IMG/VR virus record: IMGVR_UViG_3300008107_000028
Span: 34,195 to 98,194 of that record
From: a virus
Lineage: Duplodnaviria > Caudoviricetes
DNA: 64,000 nucleotides
Strand: one strand, 5' to 3'
Shown: positions 30,893 through 39,951 of the stretch, one piece after another
Position numbering within the stretch: the first letter of the stretch is position 1
How the letters are laid out: every line of letters begins with the position of its first letter
Translations under genes and position numbers: made by a program
The notes under the pieces: model-generated
Seen by the model: the letters and a program-made list of their open reading frames with translations, nothing else
Told to the model about the DNA's origin: nothing
Databases searched by the model: none

Positions 30893-31561
30893 TTAACCCT
30901 CTATATGGTCATCAGGGTCAGGATCCTTAATTTTTCCACACTTCAGACATTCTAAATCACCGTCACCATCTGAGTCACCCCAAATATGTTCACATTGTCT
31001 ATGCGCGAAATACATATCAATTTTACCATCACCATCAAAGTCAATACCATCCATTTGTCCATCACCATCTTCATCCACTTCAACGCCTGTTCTACCTGTC
31101 TTTGGAGTTGTTACGGCATCGGTAATTTGTGTTTCAACTACAGTTTCTTTTGGTTTATTAACTTCAATCATATTAATTTCATGTGCATGATTTGCAGCTT
31201 GAACAAATGCATCGGGTATTAATGGTGTAACAGGTTTATCACTTTCTTTCATATCATTTGTGTTTGAAAGAGAAACCCCATCCTCTTCGTCCATTTTTTG
31301 AACTAACATCTTATCCTTATCAGTATCACTAAACCAATAGTCAATGATTTTACCATAGGAACCGATGAAAGCACCTAATAAAAGAAGTAATAATTCTTTC
31401 CACTCACCACCAATCTCATTCTTACCTATAATAGCTGCGAAAATACCCCCCATTATTAACATAAACCCCCCAAGAACGATAGCTGTGATAAACCATCTTC
31501 TTTTCATCATAGAGTTTAATAATTCTTTAAAACCTGTTGGTTGTTGATTGTTTTCCATCAT
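30893..31561 (-). CDS. 2-TM membrane protein with DxDGDG calcium-binding-like repeats and a C/H zinc-finger-like tail
   Basis: DEDGDGQMDGIDFDGDGKID; CEH.WGDSDGDGDLECLKCG. Confidence 0.6.
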   Translation of the reverse strand: MMENNQQPTGFKELLNSMMKRRWFITAIVLGGFMLIMGGIFAAIIGKNEIGGEWKELLLLLLGAFIGSYGKIIDYWFSDTDKDKMLVQKMDEEDGVSLSNTNDMKESDKPVTPLIPDAFVQAANHAHEINMIEVNKPKETVVETQITDAVTTPKTGRTGVEVDEDGDGQMDGIDFDGDGKIDMYFAHRQCEHIWGDSDGDGDLECLKCGKIKDPDPDDHIEG

Positions 31562-31573
31562 TATATAAAAATT

Positions 31574-31894
31574 TTACCACTCAGCTGGTTTTTCTTTAAA
31601 CTCATCACCGTCTTTTTTCTTAACAGGTGCGGGTTTTTCTTTTATTGTTTCTTTTTCTTTGATTACAACCGTTTTACCGCCGGCACCTCCAGCCGCTTGT
31701 TGCTGTTGATTTGAGTTTGTAATATTAATTACTGGTGCCGCTTGCTGTACTGGAGTAGCTTCTTTGTCTCCACCTCCAAATAATGTGGTGACCCATACAC
31801 CACCTGCGGTTACTACGGTACCGGCTACTCCGACAATGGTCTTCTTTAATCCTGACCATGTACCATCATTTGTGCTTTCTACTTCTTCTGACAT
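31574..31894 (-). CDS. Small membrane-anchored hypothetical protein
   Basis: One hydrophobic segment, Q/A-rich linker. Confidence 0.6.
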   Translation of the reverse strand: MSEEVESTNDGTWSGLKKTIVGVAGTVVTAGGVWVTTLFGGGDKEATPVQQAAPVINITNSNQQQQAAGGAGGKTVVIKEKETIKEKPAPVKKKDGDEFKEKPAEW

Positions 31895-31911
31895 AATTTG
31901 TGTTTTTGTGT

Positions 31912-32283
31912 TTATAGTTTATTAAAATCGGTTATTCCTAATTCTTTATCGTTTTGATCATATAATCCTATTCTATATGCGGAGGACGGTAAAGCATTGG
32001 TATATACTTTAAGTATATTGTCTCCAACCTTTACGTTCACAGTTTCTTTAGAAATCACTTTGTTACCAATATTAAAAATCTTTATAGTTACTGTTTGGGC
32101 GACGTCACTTTTTACGTTCATTGCCACTTCTGATGTAACAAAAGGAGTCTCTAATTTTATACCAACCTTGGAGGTTATTTCTAAAGCGTTTGGTGTTGGT
32201 GGTAGAGGAGGTTCAACGAATGGAGTTTTTCTACATCCGAGAATAAATACGGCCGCGATTAATGTAATAATTAATTTTTTCAT
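31912..32283 (-). CDS. Lipoprotein with an Ig-like, T9SS C-terminal-domain-like fold
   Basis: Lipobox FILGC-RK; 'VTIKIFNIGNKVI...GDN...LPSSAY.I' resembles the Por-secretion CTD/FlgD-Ig pattern. Confidence 0.6.
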   Translation of the reverse strand: MKKLIITLIAAVFILGCRKTPFVEPPLPPTPNALEITSKVGIKLETPFVTSEVAMNVKSDVAQTVTIKIFNIGNKVISKETVNVKVGDNILKVYTNALPSSAYRIGLYDQNDKELGITDFNKL

Positions 32284-32293
32284 TGTTTTTTGT

Positions 32294-32641
32294 TTAGTTT
32301 AATATTAATAACGTTCTACCTATTTGGACATTATTAACATCCTCTAAGGATAAATATAAATATCTAATAGGCAACGATTTTGTATATATATTCAAAGTAT
32401 TTTGTCCGATTTTTCCGGCAATTCTTTCTCTTGTAATTACCTGTTGTCCGACAGAATCAAAAAGAGTCATCGTGTGTATTCCTTCTGTCTTTAAATCAAA
32501 ATTTAATTCATCTCCATTAGATACCTTGAGTTCTTTTACAGAAAACACGTCCACTTTTCCAATAGAAGAAATTGGCTCGGGTAAATTTGTTTTTCTACAT
32601 CCTGATATAAAAATCAAAAAACATAATAATACAATTCTCAT
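32294..32641 (-). CDS. Lipoprotein, paralog of 31912-32283
   Basis: Lipobox ISGC-RK; shared 'G.N.L..YT..LP...Y.L.L.D.N..' pattern. Confidence 0.65.
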   Translation of the reverse strand: MRIVLLCFLIFISGCRKTNLPEPISSIGKVDVFSVKELKVSNGDELNFDLKTEGIHTMTLFDSVGQQVITRERIAGKIGQNTLNIYTKSLPIRYLYLSLEDVNNVQIGRTLLILN

Positions 32642-34950
32642 TCTATTCTAATTTTAATGCTACCGCCCATTTTGGTAACCGCCTCATTTGTTGCGATTGA
32701 CACCAACCCGAGCGAATTTGTTATTTTTTTATTCAACTTAAAAGATAATTTGTATTCTGTGGTATTATCTAAAATCCCCCCACTCATATTCAACGACCCT
32801 AAATTTATATTATCACCTCTATCATTACCAAAGTTTATCGGTGATCCGGCTGTTTTAAATTGTGTTCCACTATATTTTAAAATTGAGTTATCGTAATTGA
32901 TTCTAAATTGTGTTCCAACAATATCATTTGTATTTGGATTAAACTTTACTATGACAACCAAACTATCACCGATAATTTCAGATATTACATAAGCACTTGG
33001 TTCGGAAGAATTTTTTGATATACTGTTTGACATAGAAGTAATTGAATTTATCTGATTGGCAACACCATTCGTAACAGTTTGAGATGGTGAATGAGACATA
33101 TTCACATCTCCTTTCCAAAAGGCGTTCAATGTGAAGGCGTTTAACAACTGAGTTGAGCTCAGTGTCAAGTTACTATAACTGTCTGAAGTTGCATTTGGAT
33201 ATGACATCCAATTACTTTTTGTTACCGCATCGTAATCAGATTTTGGTAACAATTTAATAAAAGATTGTAAATTATTTGTTGTTAATAATGATTCTTGACC
33301 TAATAAATGTCTTAATAATTTAAAACAATCTGCTTCATTAAATTGGCCATTTTCATCTACATCTGCGTTCATAAATTGTATACCTGAAGTGAAATAGTTA
33401 CTTGTATTTCCGAATATTCCACCGTCTGCAAATTCTTTAAAAGCAAGATATACATCCGATACCGTCACTATTCTATCTAACATTGAAGTTATAGTATCTG
33501 CTATTGGATTTTGGAATTGTACCATTTGCGGTTTATACACCATTTGATTTGAAAAACTTATTGTTGATGTGAAAGCATAATCAGTATTCCAACCATTTAC
33601 ATTTCGGATATTCGAATTGTATATTGATGTTCCATCAGTTACTTTTGTAAGTGGTGATGGAACTCTATATTGTGCCCACGCAGCATCGCTACTTAAATAT
33701 GTCACAGGCCCATCATATGTATCTAATATTTTTGCACGCGATATTGTTGATGGAACTGTATTGCCAAATGTTCTCATATCAATTAAAAGCCGACTATCAC
33801 CATTTAACCAACTTGCATTTGGATTGGTATACGAATATTCGACTTGACCAGAATTTATGTTTGCGGATATTCCACCAACAACTTTAATTGTATCTGAAAA
33901 AGAACTCATATCCACTCTACCAATATTATTTAATGATGTATAATTTTGTGAGAATGGTGTCCAAACATTATTAGATTGTGAATGTGTTCTTAATGCGAAT
34001 CTACTTGCCGTAAGATTGTTAAAATTAAAAGTATATTGAACTCTAAACACATCTCCATTTGAATGTATTACACTATTAGAATAAAATTCAGTAAATGTTT
34101 GGTCATCAGGATTTGTCCATGTTCCATACTCAATTACATAAGGATTATTCCAATTGTTTGATAAATCGTTCCAACAAGCTGCACCATTCCATTTTGCTAC
34201 TGCATAGTTTTCACTACCATTACTACCATTTGGTTCACCACCACACCAGTTGTTATATACACCTACTATGTTTCCGTTTAGTTGTCCATTTGCGGTTTTC
34301 ATTACTGTCCCCTTTTCAGGCCCAGCATCAATTACCCATCTTCCATCCACAACTTCATCCGTTGCTGCAAACCATACATTCGTTGCAGGAACATTTACTC
34401 TAATAAATTCTTCTTCAGATGTGGAGGTTATTGTTACCAAATATCCCGACTGTCCTTTGAATGTACTTAATAAAGACCTTGCTCTTGCGTTTGTATATGT
34501 AGTTCTATCAGCGGTTGCGGTTAGTGGTTTATAAAAGTGTCCATTAACTCCGTTGTAAAAAAATCCAATTGGATTGATAGTTGCCGCAACTGATAATTGA
34601 ACATTACCAACTACTGAACCTGTGTTTACTTTCAAAGATGCTAATGCTGTATTAACATTGGCGATTGTTCCCGTTACAACTAAACGAGTTTTATTACCAT
34701 TTAAAGTAAATCCACTTGCTGCTGTTAAACCTGTTGTTGTGTTAAGATAAAATGTAGTACCAGATGGTGGATTGATTAAACTAATTGAAGCAAGTAATGT
34801 TTCAGTTGCGTTAAATCCACTTAATACAAATCCACTGGCATCCTGTCCAATGGTGTTTATGGCAAACGATTTGGGTTCAGGTGCCGTTACCGACTGCCCA
34901 AACCCAAAAGTTGTGATTATAGATAATAGAATTACAAATAATAATCTCAT
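32638..34950 (-). CDS. Exported adhesin-like protein with C-type lectin, dockerin-like and cohesin-like domains
   Basis: Signal peptide; CTLD motifs 'NGHFY', 'YLVTITS.EE', 'YNNWCGGEPN', 'WNDL'; 'ADVDENGQFNEADCFKLLRHLLG'; C-terminal 'GTQFRINYDNSILKY'. Confidence 0.75.
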   Translation of the reverse strand: MRLLFVILLSIITTFGFGQSVTAPEPKSFAINTIGQDASGFVLSGFNATETLLASISLINPPSGTTFYLNTTTGLTAASGFTLNGNKTRLVVTGTIANVNTALASLKVNTGSVVGNVQLSVAATINPIGFFYNGVNGHFYKPLTATADRTTYTNARARSLLSTFKGQSGYLVTITSTSEEEFIRVNVPATNVWFAATDEVVDGRWVIDAGPEKGTVMKTANGQLNGNIVGVYNNWCGGEPNGSNGSENYAVAKWNGAACWNDLSNNWNNPYVIEYGTWTNPDDQTFTEFYSNSVIHSNGDVFRVQYTFNFNNLTASRFALRTHSQSNNVWTPFSQNYTSLNNIGRVDMSSFSDTIKVVGGISANINSGQVEYSYTNPNASWLNGDSRLLIDMRTFGNTVPSTISRAKILDTYDGPVTYLSSDAAWAQYRVPSPLTKVTDGTSIYNSNIRNVNGWNTDYAFTSTISFSNQMVYKPQMVQFQNPIADTITSMLDRIVTVSDVYLAFKEFADGGIFGNTSNYFTSGIQFMNADVDENGQFNEADCFKLLRHLLGQESLLTTNNLQSFIKLLPKSDYDAVTKSNWMSYPNATSDSYSNLTLSSTQLLNAFTLNAFWKGDVNMSHSPSQTVTNGVANQINSITSMSNSISKNSSEPSAYVISEIIGDSLVVIVKFNPNTNDIVGTQFRINYDNSILKYSGTQFKTAGSPINFGNDRGDNINLGSLNMSGGILDNTTEYKLSFKLNKKITNSLGLVSIATNEAVTKMGGSIKIRIE

Positions 34951-36596
34951 TATTCAACTACGAGTTCTATTTTGTTACCTAAAGCATCAACAGCATCGGC
35001 TAAAACGAAATAGAATAATCCCGCAGTATTCGCTAATGATACTTTTGGTGTAAAGATTAGTTTATATGGTGTTCCTGTTTTAATTCTGGCAGTCTTCAAT
35101 TGGTCAATAGAACCAAATGTTAATCTACCATTATCATGTGTTGAGAAATTTGTTATTGTTGATCCCGCATCAAATATTACATTTTCTAAAGTAAGTTTAG
35201 TTGAGTCATAATTCATAATAACTTCTAAACCTGCTAAACCTTCTTTAGTTAATCCACCTGTTAATATAACTTTACCATTTTCTAATTTAGATACAACTGT
35301 TAATTTAGCTGTCTCCAAAGTTTTATCTTGATAACCAACTGACATAGTTTGTATACCACTTTCGGTTGAACCATTTTTAGAATTTGTAAACACACCACTT
35401 GATATACTTGAAGCAATTGCCGAAGTTGACGATGAATGTGACCAATCTAAGTCACCACCCCAAGCAAATACAGCATTTACTGTTTGAATTGGTGTTGTGA
35501 TGTATACTCTATTTCTCGTTGTTCCATCTAACCAACTTTGATTTAATAAACCACTATACCATCTTACACTTGTTGAAGTTGAAGTTGGTATTAAAGCACT
35601 TGTTGAAACATTTATACCCATAACATGAGCAAAAAGAAAATATGCATCACTTTCATTAAAGTTATTATCATTAAGTGTAATATTTCCAATTCTTTTTTCT
35701 AAAACAGGATATTGAAAATATGTAGCATTACCACTTATATCTGTTTGTGTATGTCCTAAAAATGCTTTATACGCATCGGTTACTGTTATAACATTATTCA
35801 TCCACGATTTTTGAAAAGCGGCACCAACGAATACACCTAAACTATCACCAACTCTTACACCTGAAGTAAAAATTGCTTCTCCACTGGCATCAAGTGGTCT
35901 TGTTTGTAATGGTTGTTGTGACCAATCAATATCACCACTACCATCGTTCTTTAATCTCATTAATTGAACTGAGTGATCTGTAATTGTATATCCTTGTGGA
36001 AATAAAACTTTAACTTTAAACTGAGAAGTATTACCAATAACGCCTGTTAAAGATAAATCGGTAACATCTGTATACACTGGTGATATATTTACTGAGGCAT
36101 CGTTAATTGCGTACGACATATCAATTTTATGAATGTCAGTATATTCACCCAAATCTTTTACCACAAATTTTTGAGTTGCAATATCACCGTTTATTGATGC
36201 ATCTGTTCTTTGAACAGTTAATTGACCCACATTCCAATCATTATTAATTGTGTAAGACCAAGGTGTTGCCAAATATTGTGCATATAATGAAGTGTCGGGA
36301 ACATTTGATGAAGGAGTAAATTTGTAGTTCGCCCATTCAGTAAAATATGTTTGGGTTGAAGAACCTTGACTGAAAAAAGTACTATTAGGTACCATAGTCA
36401 AAGCCTTGTTATTATACTGATATCTCATCCAAAAATAACGAGGTGTTGTCGTCCCTCTTTCAACTGTATATTTTACAGTAATTGTGTCACCTACCCTATA
36501 TCCAGAAGTTGGTGTTACAGTTTGGTTTACTCTTAATTGAGAAAAAGTAGTCGTAGTAATTGACAAAAATAAAAATAAATTAATTAGTTTTTTCAT
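34950..36596 (-). CDS. Exported protein with cohesin-like and degenerate dockerin-like domains
   Basis: Signal peptide; 'VGDTITV..MRYQYNNKAL', 'ITVTDAYKAF..FNESDAY', 'W.GDL..SHS', 'AGLEVIMNYDSTKL'; C-terminal half parallels 32638-34950. Confidence 0.65.
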   Translation of the reverse strand: MKKLINLFLFLSITTTTFSQLRVNQTVTPTSGYRVGDTITVKYTVERGTTTPRYFWMRYQYNNKALTMVPNSTFFSQGSSTQTYFTEWANYKFTPSSNVPDTSLYAQYLATPWSYTINNDWNVGQLTVQRTDASINGDIATQKFVVKDLGEYTDIHKIDMSYAINDASVNISPVYTDVTDLSLTGVIGNTSQFKVKVLFPQGYTITDHSVQLMRLKNDGSGDIDWSQQPLQTRPLDASGEAIFTSGVRVGDSLGVFVGAAFQKSWMNNVITVTDAYKAFLGHTQTDISGNATYFQYPVLEKRIGNITLNDNNFNESDAYFLFAHVMGINVSTSALIPTSTSTSVRWYSGLLNQSWLDGTTRNRVYITTPIQTVNAVFAWGGDLDWSHSSSTSAIASSISSGVFTNSKNGSTESGIQTMSVGYQDKTLETAKLTVVSKLENGKVILTGGLTKEGLAGLEVIMNYDSTKLTLENVIFDAGSTITNFSTHDNGRLTFGSIDQLKTARIKTGTPYKLIFTPKVSLANTAGLFYFVLADAVDALGNKIELVVE

Positions 36597-37239
36597 CTGT
36601 TAATAGTTTAGTTACAAGTTTATCGGCCGTTTTTTTCAAAGCGTTAGAAAGTGAAGTTTGATTAAACTTACCTCCTTGATCAACAATTAACGTTGACATA
36701 GAAATTTCAGAAGAAGATTCTTCTACTAAGACTTCTTTTTCTTTTTTACCATCTTTATAAAGAATACCCTTCATTCTAATAACGACCTCTTCTTCATTTT
36801 TGTGAAATACTGATACGTTTTTCTTTGTTGTTAAAACGTCAAAATAAACAATTTCTACTTTTAGTTTATTTGGTGCGTTAGGTGACAGTTCATATTCTTT
36901 ATCTTGAAGGTACTCTTCTAATATATTCTTGACACCAAATTCTAAATTTCTATTACCCGCTAATTTTCCTATTTTAACTTTGTTTTCAACACTTTCAACC
37001 CATACGTGTTGGTCTTCTTCGTAATATATATTTGATGGGTCATTTTTGAATCTTCCATCAAACTTTACCGTAAAAGAATTTACTAAATTCCTAATAACAT
37101 CGTCTTGTCCTGTTGCTTCTAAATAAACAAAATAAATTTGAGTAAGTAGTGCTAATGACACGAACGCCACAAAAAGGTATATCACCATGAATACCATTTT
37201 GTCTAACATTAAATTAGTGATTGATTTAATTTTTTGCAT
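36580..37239 (-). CDS. Membrane-anchored, CsgG-related protein (first gene of the operon)
   Basis: N-terminal TM; shares 'GV.NI..EYL' and 'KFNQ...S.A.KK' with 29819-30547. Confidence 0.55.
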   Translation of the reverse strand: MQKIKSITNLMLDKMVFMVIYLFVAFVSLALLTQIYFVYLEATGQDDVIRNLVNSFTVKFDGRFKNDPSNIYYEEDQHVWVESVENKVKIGKLAGNRNLEFGVKNILEEYLQDKEYELSPNAPNKLKVEIVYFDVLTTKKNVSVFHKNEEEVVIRMKGILYKDGKKEKEVLVEESSSEISMSTLIVDQGGKFNQTSLSNALKKTADKLVTKLLTDEKTN

Positions 37240-37324
37240 AAAAATCCTGTTTTAAGTGTCTCAGGATTTTTTGGGCATCAAAAAATCGAGAGATTCATTT
37301 ATTGTTTTTTGTCTTCAATAAATA
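37240..37324 (-). promoter_or_regulatory. Operon leader: TATTTATT promoter motif, uORF1 MNLSIF* (37298-37278), coupled uORF2 MPKKS* (37278-37261) and a 10-bp hairpin abutting the ATG
   Basis: Read from sequence: TGATG overlap; AAAAATCCTG/CAGGATTTTT arms at 37271-37262 and 37249-37240. Confidence 0.65.
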
Positions 37325-37328
37325 TCTC

Positions 37329-37700
37329 TCAGTAAAGTAGTTGCCGGTATTTTGCCAAAATTATTTTGCCGAGCGAGATTCGTGTTTCAACCTGAGGTAT
37401 AGAAAATTCAACTATTTCACGTATTTCATCTATATATATGTTATCCTCACCATACAATTTAGGATTTTCTGAAATATATACATATCTATGTTTGTCAAAT
37501 ATTTTTTTTATATTATTATAATCCTCTTTAAATGAATTTAACTCTTTTATCATACATTCCATGTGCAATAAATGAGGAGATAATTTTTTTTGAATAAAGG
37601 AATCATCAACTTTTTTTAGATATGATAATAAAACATATTGTTTATGTTCAAAATCTATCGGAGATTCTATGTACCATTGCAACGTAATTAAATCTTCCAT
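37329..37700 (-). CDS. Hypothetical protein
   Basis: 123 aa; 'W.....IDFEHKQYVLLSYL' resembles a conserved Bacteroidota hypothetical family. Confidence 0.6.
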   Translation of the reverse strand: MEDLITLQWYIESPIDFEHKQYVLLSYLKKVDDSFIQKKLSPHLLHMECMIKELNSFKEDYNNIKKIFDKHRYVYISENPKLYGEDNIYIDEIREIVEFSIPQVETRISLGKIILAKYRQLLY

Positions 37701-37754
37701 AAAATTTCCTTTTTATATAAATATTTCTTATATTTTCAATATAAATTGATTTTT

Positions 37755-38534
37755 ATGACTTTTAAACACCTTACTGACTTAGAAATCCAACAAATGACAT
37801 TTGATTGGAGATATAGAGGTTTCACAATTCTTGAGTTACTAACAGAAGAAGAATGTGACGAAATAAATGATGAACTCGAACGTCTTAGAGAAAAACGTAT
37901 GGGTACAATCACTGAAGACGGTAAACCATGGGGAGAGTGGGATCCATTTGCTTATCCACATAAGTTATCAGATAAACTTGAAAAACTTTTTGCTCACCCT
38001 AAATTAATTGAAGCGTGTGAGTTTTTAATGGAAGGTGAATTAATGGGAATGCAAAGCTGGGCATATTTCAAACCCCCTGGTCAATTAGGTAGAGATCAGC
38101 ATCAAAACGCGTTTTACACAGGTTGTAAACATAATGAGATTATCAACACCGCATTAGCATTAGATAATCACGACGCCGCAAATGGTGCCGTTTGGAATTA
38201 CGAAGGTTCCCACAGATTACCAACATTACCAATTGAAGTAGATGAAGAAAGAACAAAAACAAACCCAACATTTTGGAGAAATGAAAGAGGTAAACCTTGT
38301 GTGATGCCAGAAGGACATGATTTTAGAAAAGTTGAAGGTGTTTTGAAAAAAGGTCAATGTGTGTTGTTACATTCACACTGTGTACATGGTTCTGAACCCA
38401 ACAATTCAAATAGAATGAGAAGAAACTTCTTGGGTGGATTCTTGAAAAAGGGTGCGTACTATAATCAAGGTTCACACATGAAAAGAGAACCAATTGATAT
38501 GTATGAATTGAGAAAAAAACATTGGGGAGAATAA
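37755..38534 (+). CDS. Phytanoyl-CoA dioxygenase (PhyH)-family Fe(II)/2-oxoglutarate oxygenase
   Basis: 'YFKPPG...HQN..Y', 'ALD...NGA....GSH', 'HGSEPNNSNRMRR'; the usual HxD is HQN here. Confidence 0.85.
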   Translation: MTFKHLTDLEIQQMTFDWRYRGFTILELLTEEECDEINDELERLREKRMGTITEDGKPWGEWDPFAYPHKLSDKLEKLFAHPKLIEACEFLMEGELMGMQSWAYFKPPGQLGRDQHQNAFYTGCKHNEIINTALALDNHDAANGAVWNYEGSHRLPTLPIEVDEERTKTNPTFWRNERGKPCVMPEGHDFRKVEGVLKKGQCVLLHSHCVHGSEPNNSNRMRRNFLGGFLKKGAYYNQGSHMKREPIDMYELRKKHWGE

Positions 38535-38536
38535 TA

Positions 38537-39286
38537 ATGCCAAAAATTTTTGTTTTCGGCGATAGTTTTAGTGAAGATTTTGAATTCTTTTCTAAACCTG
38601 AATTAAAAAATACATTTAGATACAAATATATTCATGATTTTTTGAACGGAAGAATTCCAAAATCATTTGGTAAAATAATTTCTGAAAAAATTAATTATGA
38701 ATATATTAATAGGGCTGCAATCTATGGATTGGAGAATGAAGGAAATTGCAATGAATCACTTTTCAATAATTTTTGTTTATCGTCTCGTGAAATGAATAGT
38801 GGTGATATTGTATTTTATGGTTACACAGGATTACAAAGAATGAAATGGGCTCATCATAATAAACTAACTTCAGTTCTTCCCAATCAAATACCTGAAAGTA
38901 TTTCTAAAGATGAAAAATTTGCAATTGAGCAAATTATGGTTAATAAAGATCAACCAGCATGGATGAAGGAATATGTTAATAAAGAAATATTATTAAGAGA
39001 ATTTTGTAAATCAAAAAATGTTTTAATATTTTTTTGGTCCTGTGAAAATCAAATTTACAAATACCTGAAAGATTATGTTAGAAGTGAATCATCGTGGCTT
39101 TTAAATAATATAATCTATAATGATATTAATACTACAGACATTTATAATGTTTTAAATAAACTTGGGGGTAAAAGTATAAAACACGAAACAAACGGTGAAA
39201 TTCCTGATGATCATTTTGGAGAATCGGCTCATCAAGTTTTGGCGGATTTATTTTATCAAGATATTATAGATAAAAATTATATCTAA
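38537..39286 (+). CDS. SGNH/GDSL hydrolase-like protein
   Basis: 'VFGDSFS' N-terminal motif; C-terminal 'DDH.GE.AH..LA'. Confidence 0.7.
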   Translation: MPKIFVFGDSFSEDFEFFSKPELKNTFRYKYIHDFLNGRIPKSFGKIISEKINYEYINRAAIYGLENEGNCNESLFNNFCLSSREMNSGDIVFYGYTGLQRMKWAHHNKLTSVLPNQIPESISKDEKFAIEQIMVNKDQPAWMKEYVNKEILLREFCKSKNVLIFFWSCENQIYKYLKDYVRSESSWLLNNIIYNDINTTDIYNVLNKLGGKSIKHETNGEIPDDHFGESAHQVLADLFYQDIIDKNYI

Positions 39287-39326
39287 TACATTTTTTATTT
39301 TAAGAAAATTTTTATATTTTTGTATT

Positions 39327-39340
39327 GTTCTTTGAAATAA
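39327..39340 (+). promoter_or_regulatory. boxA-like antitermination element upstream of the tRNA cluster
   Basis: GTTCTTTGAAATAA, repeated at 39444; GTTCTTTGAA at 41546. Confidence 0.55.
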
Positions 39341-39346
39341 TGAATT

Positions 39347-39433
39347 GCCTTGGTGGTGGAACTGGTAGACACGCAGGACTTAAAATCCTGTGAACCGAAA
39401 AAGTTCGTGCGGGTTCGATTCCCGCCTGAGGCA
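39347..39433 (+). tRNA. tRNA-Leu(TAA)
   Basis: Cloverleaf with anticodon arm CAGGA-CTTAAAA-TCCTG, long variable arm, GGTTCGATTCC. Confidence 0.95.
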
Positions 39434-39471
39434 CAACACTATCGTTCTTTGAAATAAAGGAGAAATAAACT

Positions 39472-39717
39472 ATGGATATACTATCATTTATTTTAGGAAT
39501 GTCCGTTGTGGTGGTTATCGCAGTTGCGGTAGTCGCTGTAATGGCCTTTGTTAGGGTAAAAAAACATAACAAAGATATTGAAGATATACGTCAATGTATG
39601 TCAAGAGATTATGAATATCAAAATAGAGAGCGTGATAATATTGTTCAAGACATATACAGAACATTAGATTCACGACTTGATAAACTTGAAAGTAGAATAA
39701 TAAGCCGTAAGGTATAA
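39472..39717 (+). CDS. Small protein with N-terminal TM and coiled coil, inside the tRNA cluster, with a strong SD
   Basis: AAAGGAG 9 nt before ATG; flanked by a 19-bp inverted repeat (39435-39454 / 39733-39751). Confidence 0.75.
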   Translation: MDILSFILGMSVVVVIAVAVVAVMAFVRVKKHNKDIEDIRQCMSRDYEYQNRERDNIVQDIYRTLDSRLDKLESRIISRKV

Positions 39718-39755
39718 CAATTAAATAAAAACTTTCAAAGACGATAGTGTTAAAT

Positions 39756-39827
39756 GGTCCCATAGTTAAACGGATATAACTACAGATTTCTAATCTGTTA
39801 TTCGTGGTTCGATTCCACGTGGGACTA
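39756..39827 (+). tRNA. tRNA-Arg(TCT)
   Basis: Anticodon arm ACAGA-TTTCTAA-TCTGT; acceptor GGTCCCA/TGGGACT. Confidence 0.95.
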
Positions 39828-39875
39828 CAATCGTTAATTTAAACGATAATTCAAATTATCGTTTAATCTTATGAT

Positions 39876-39947
39876 GTCTCCTTAGCTCAGCGGTAGAGCA
39901 TCTCGCTGTTAACGAGAGGGTCCGAGGTTCGAAACCTCGAGGGGACG
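39876..39947 (+). tRNA. tRNA-Asn(GTT)
   Basis: Anticodon arm TCTCG-CTGTTAA-CGAGA; discriminator G. Confidence 0.95.
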
Positions 39948-39951
39948 CATA

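Noticed and set aside
30600-31561. Holin/lysis cassette
   Set aside because: Holin-like topology, but no endolysin or spanin recognisable nearby; treated as part of the envelope operon
39312-39572. 86-aa minus-strand ORF
   Set aside because: Antisense to tRNA-Leu and the real + strand gene
39839-39866. AT-rich inverted repeat between tRNA-Arg and tRNA-Asn as a terminator or mobile-element end
   Set aside because: No U-tract or transposase; probably a spacer/processing hairpin
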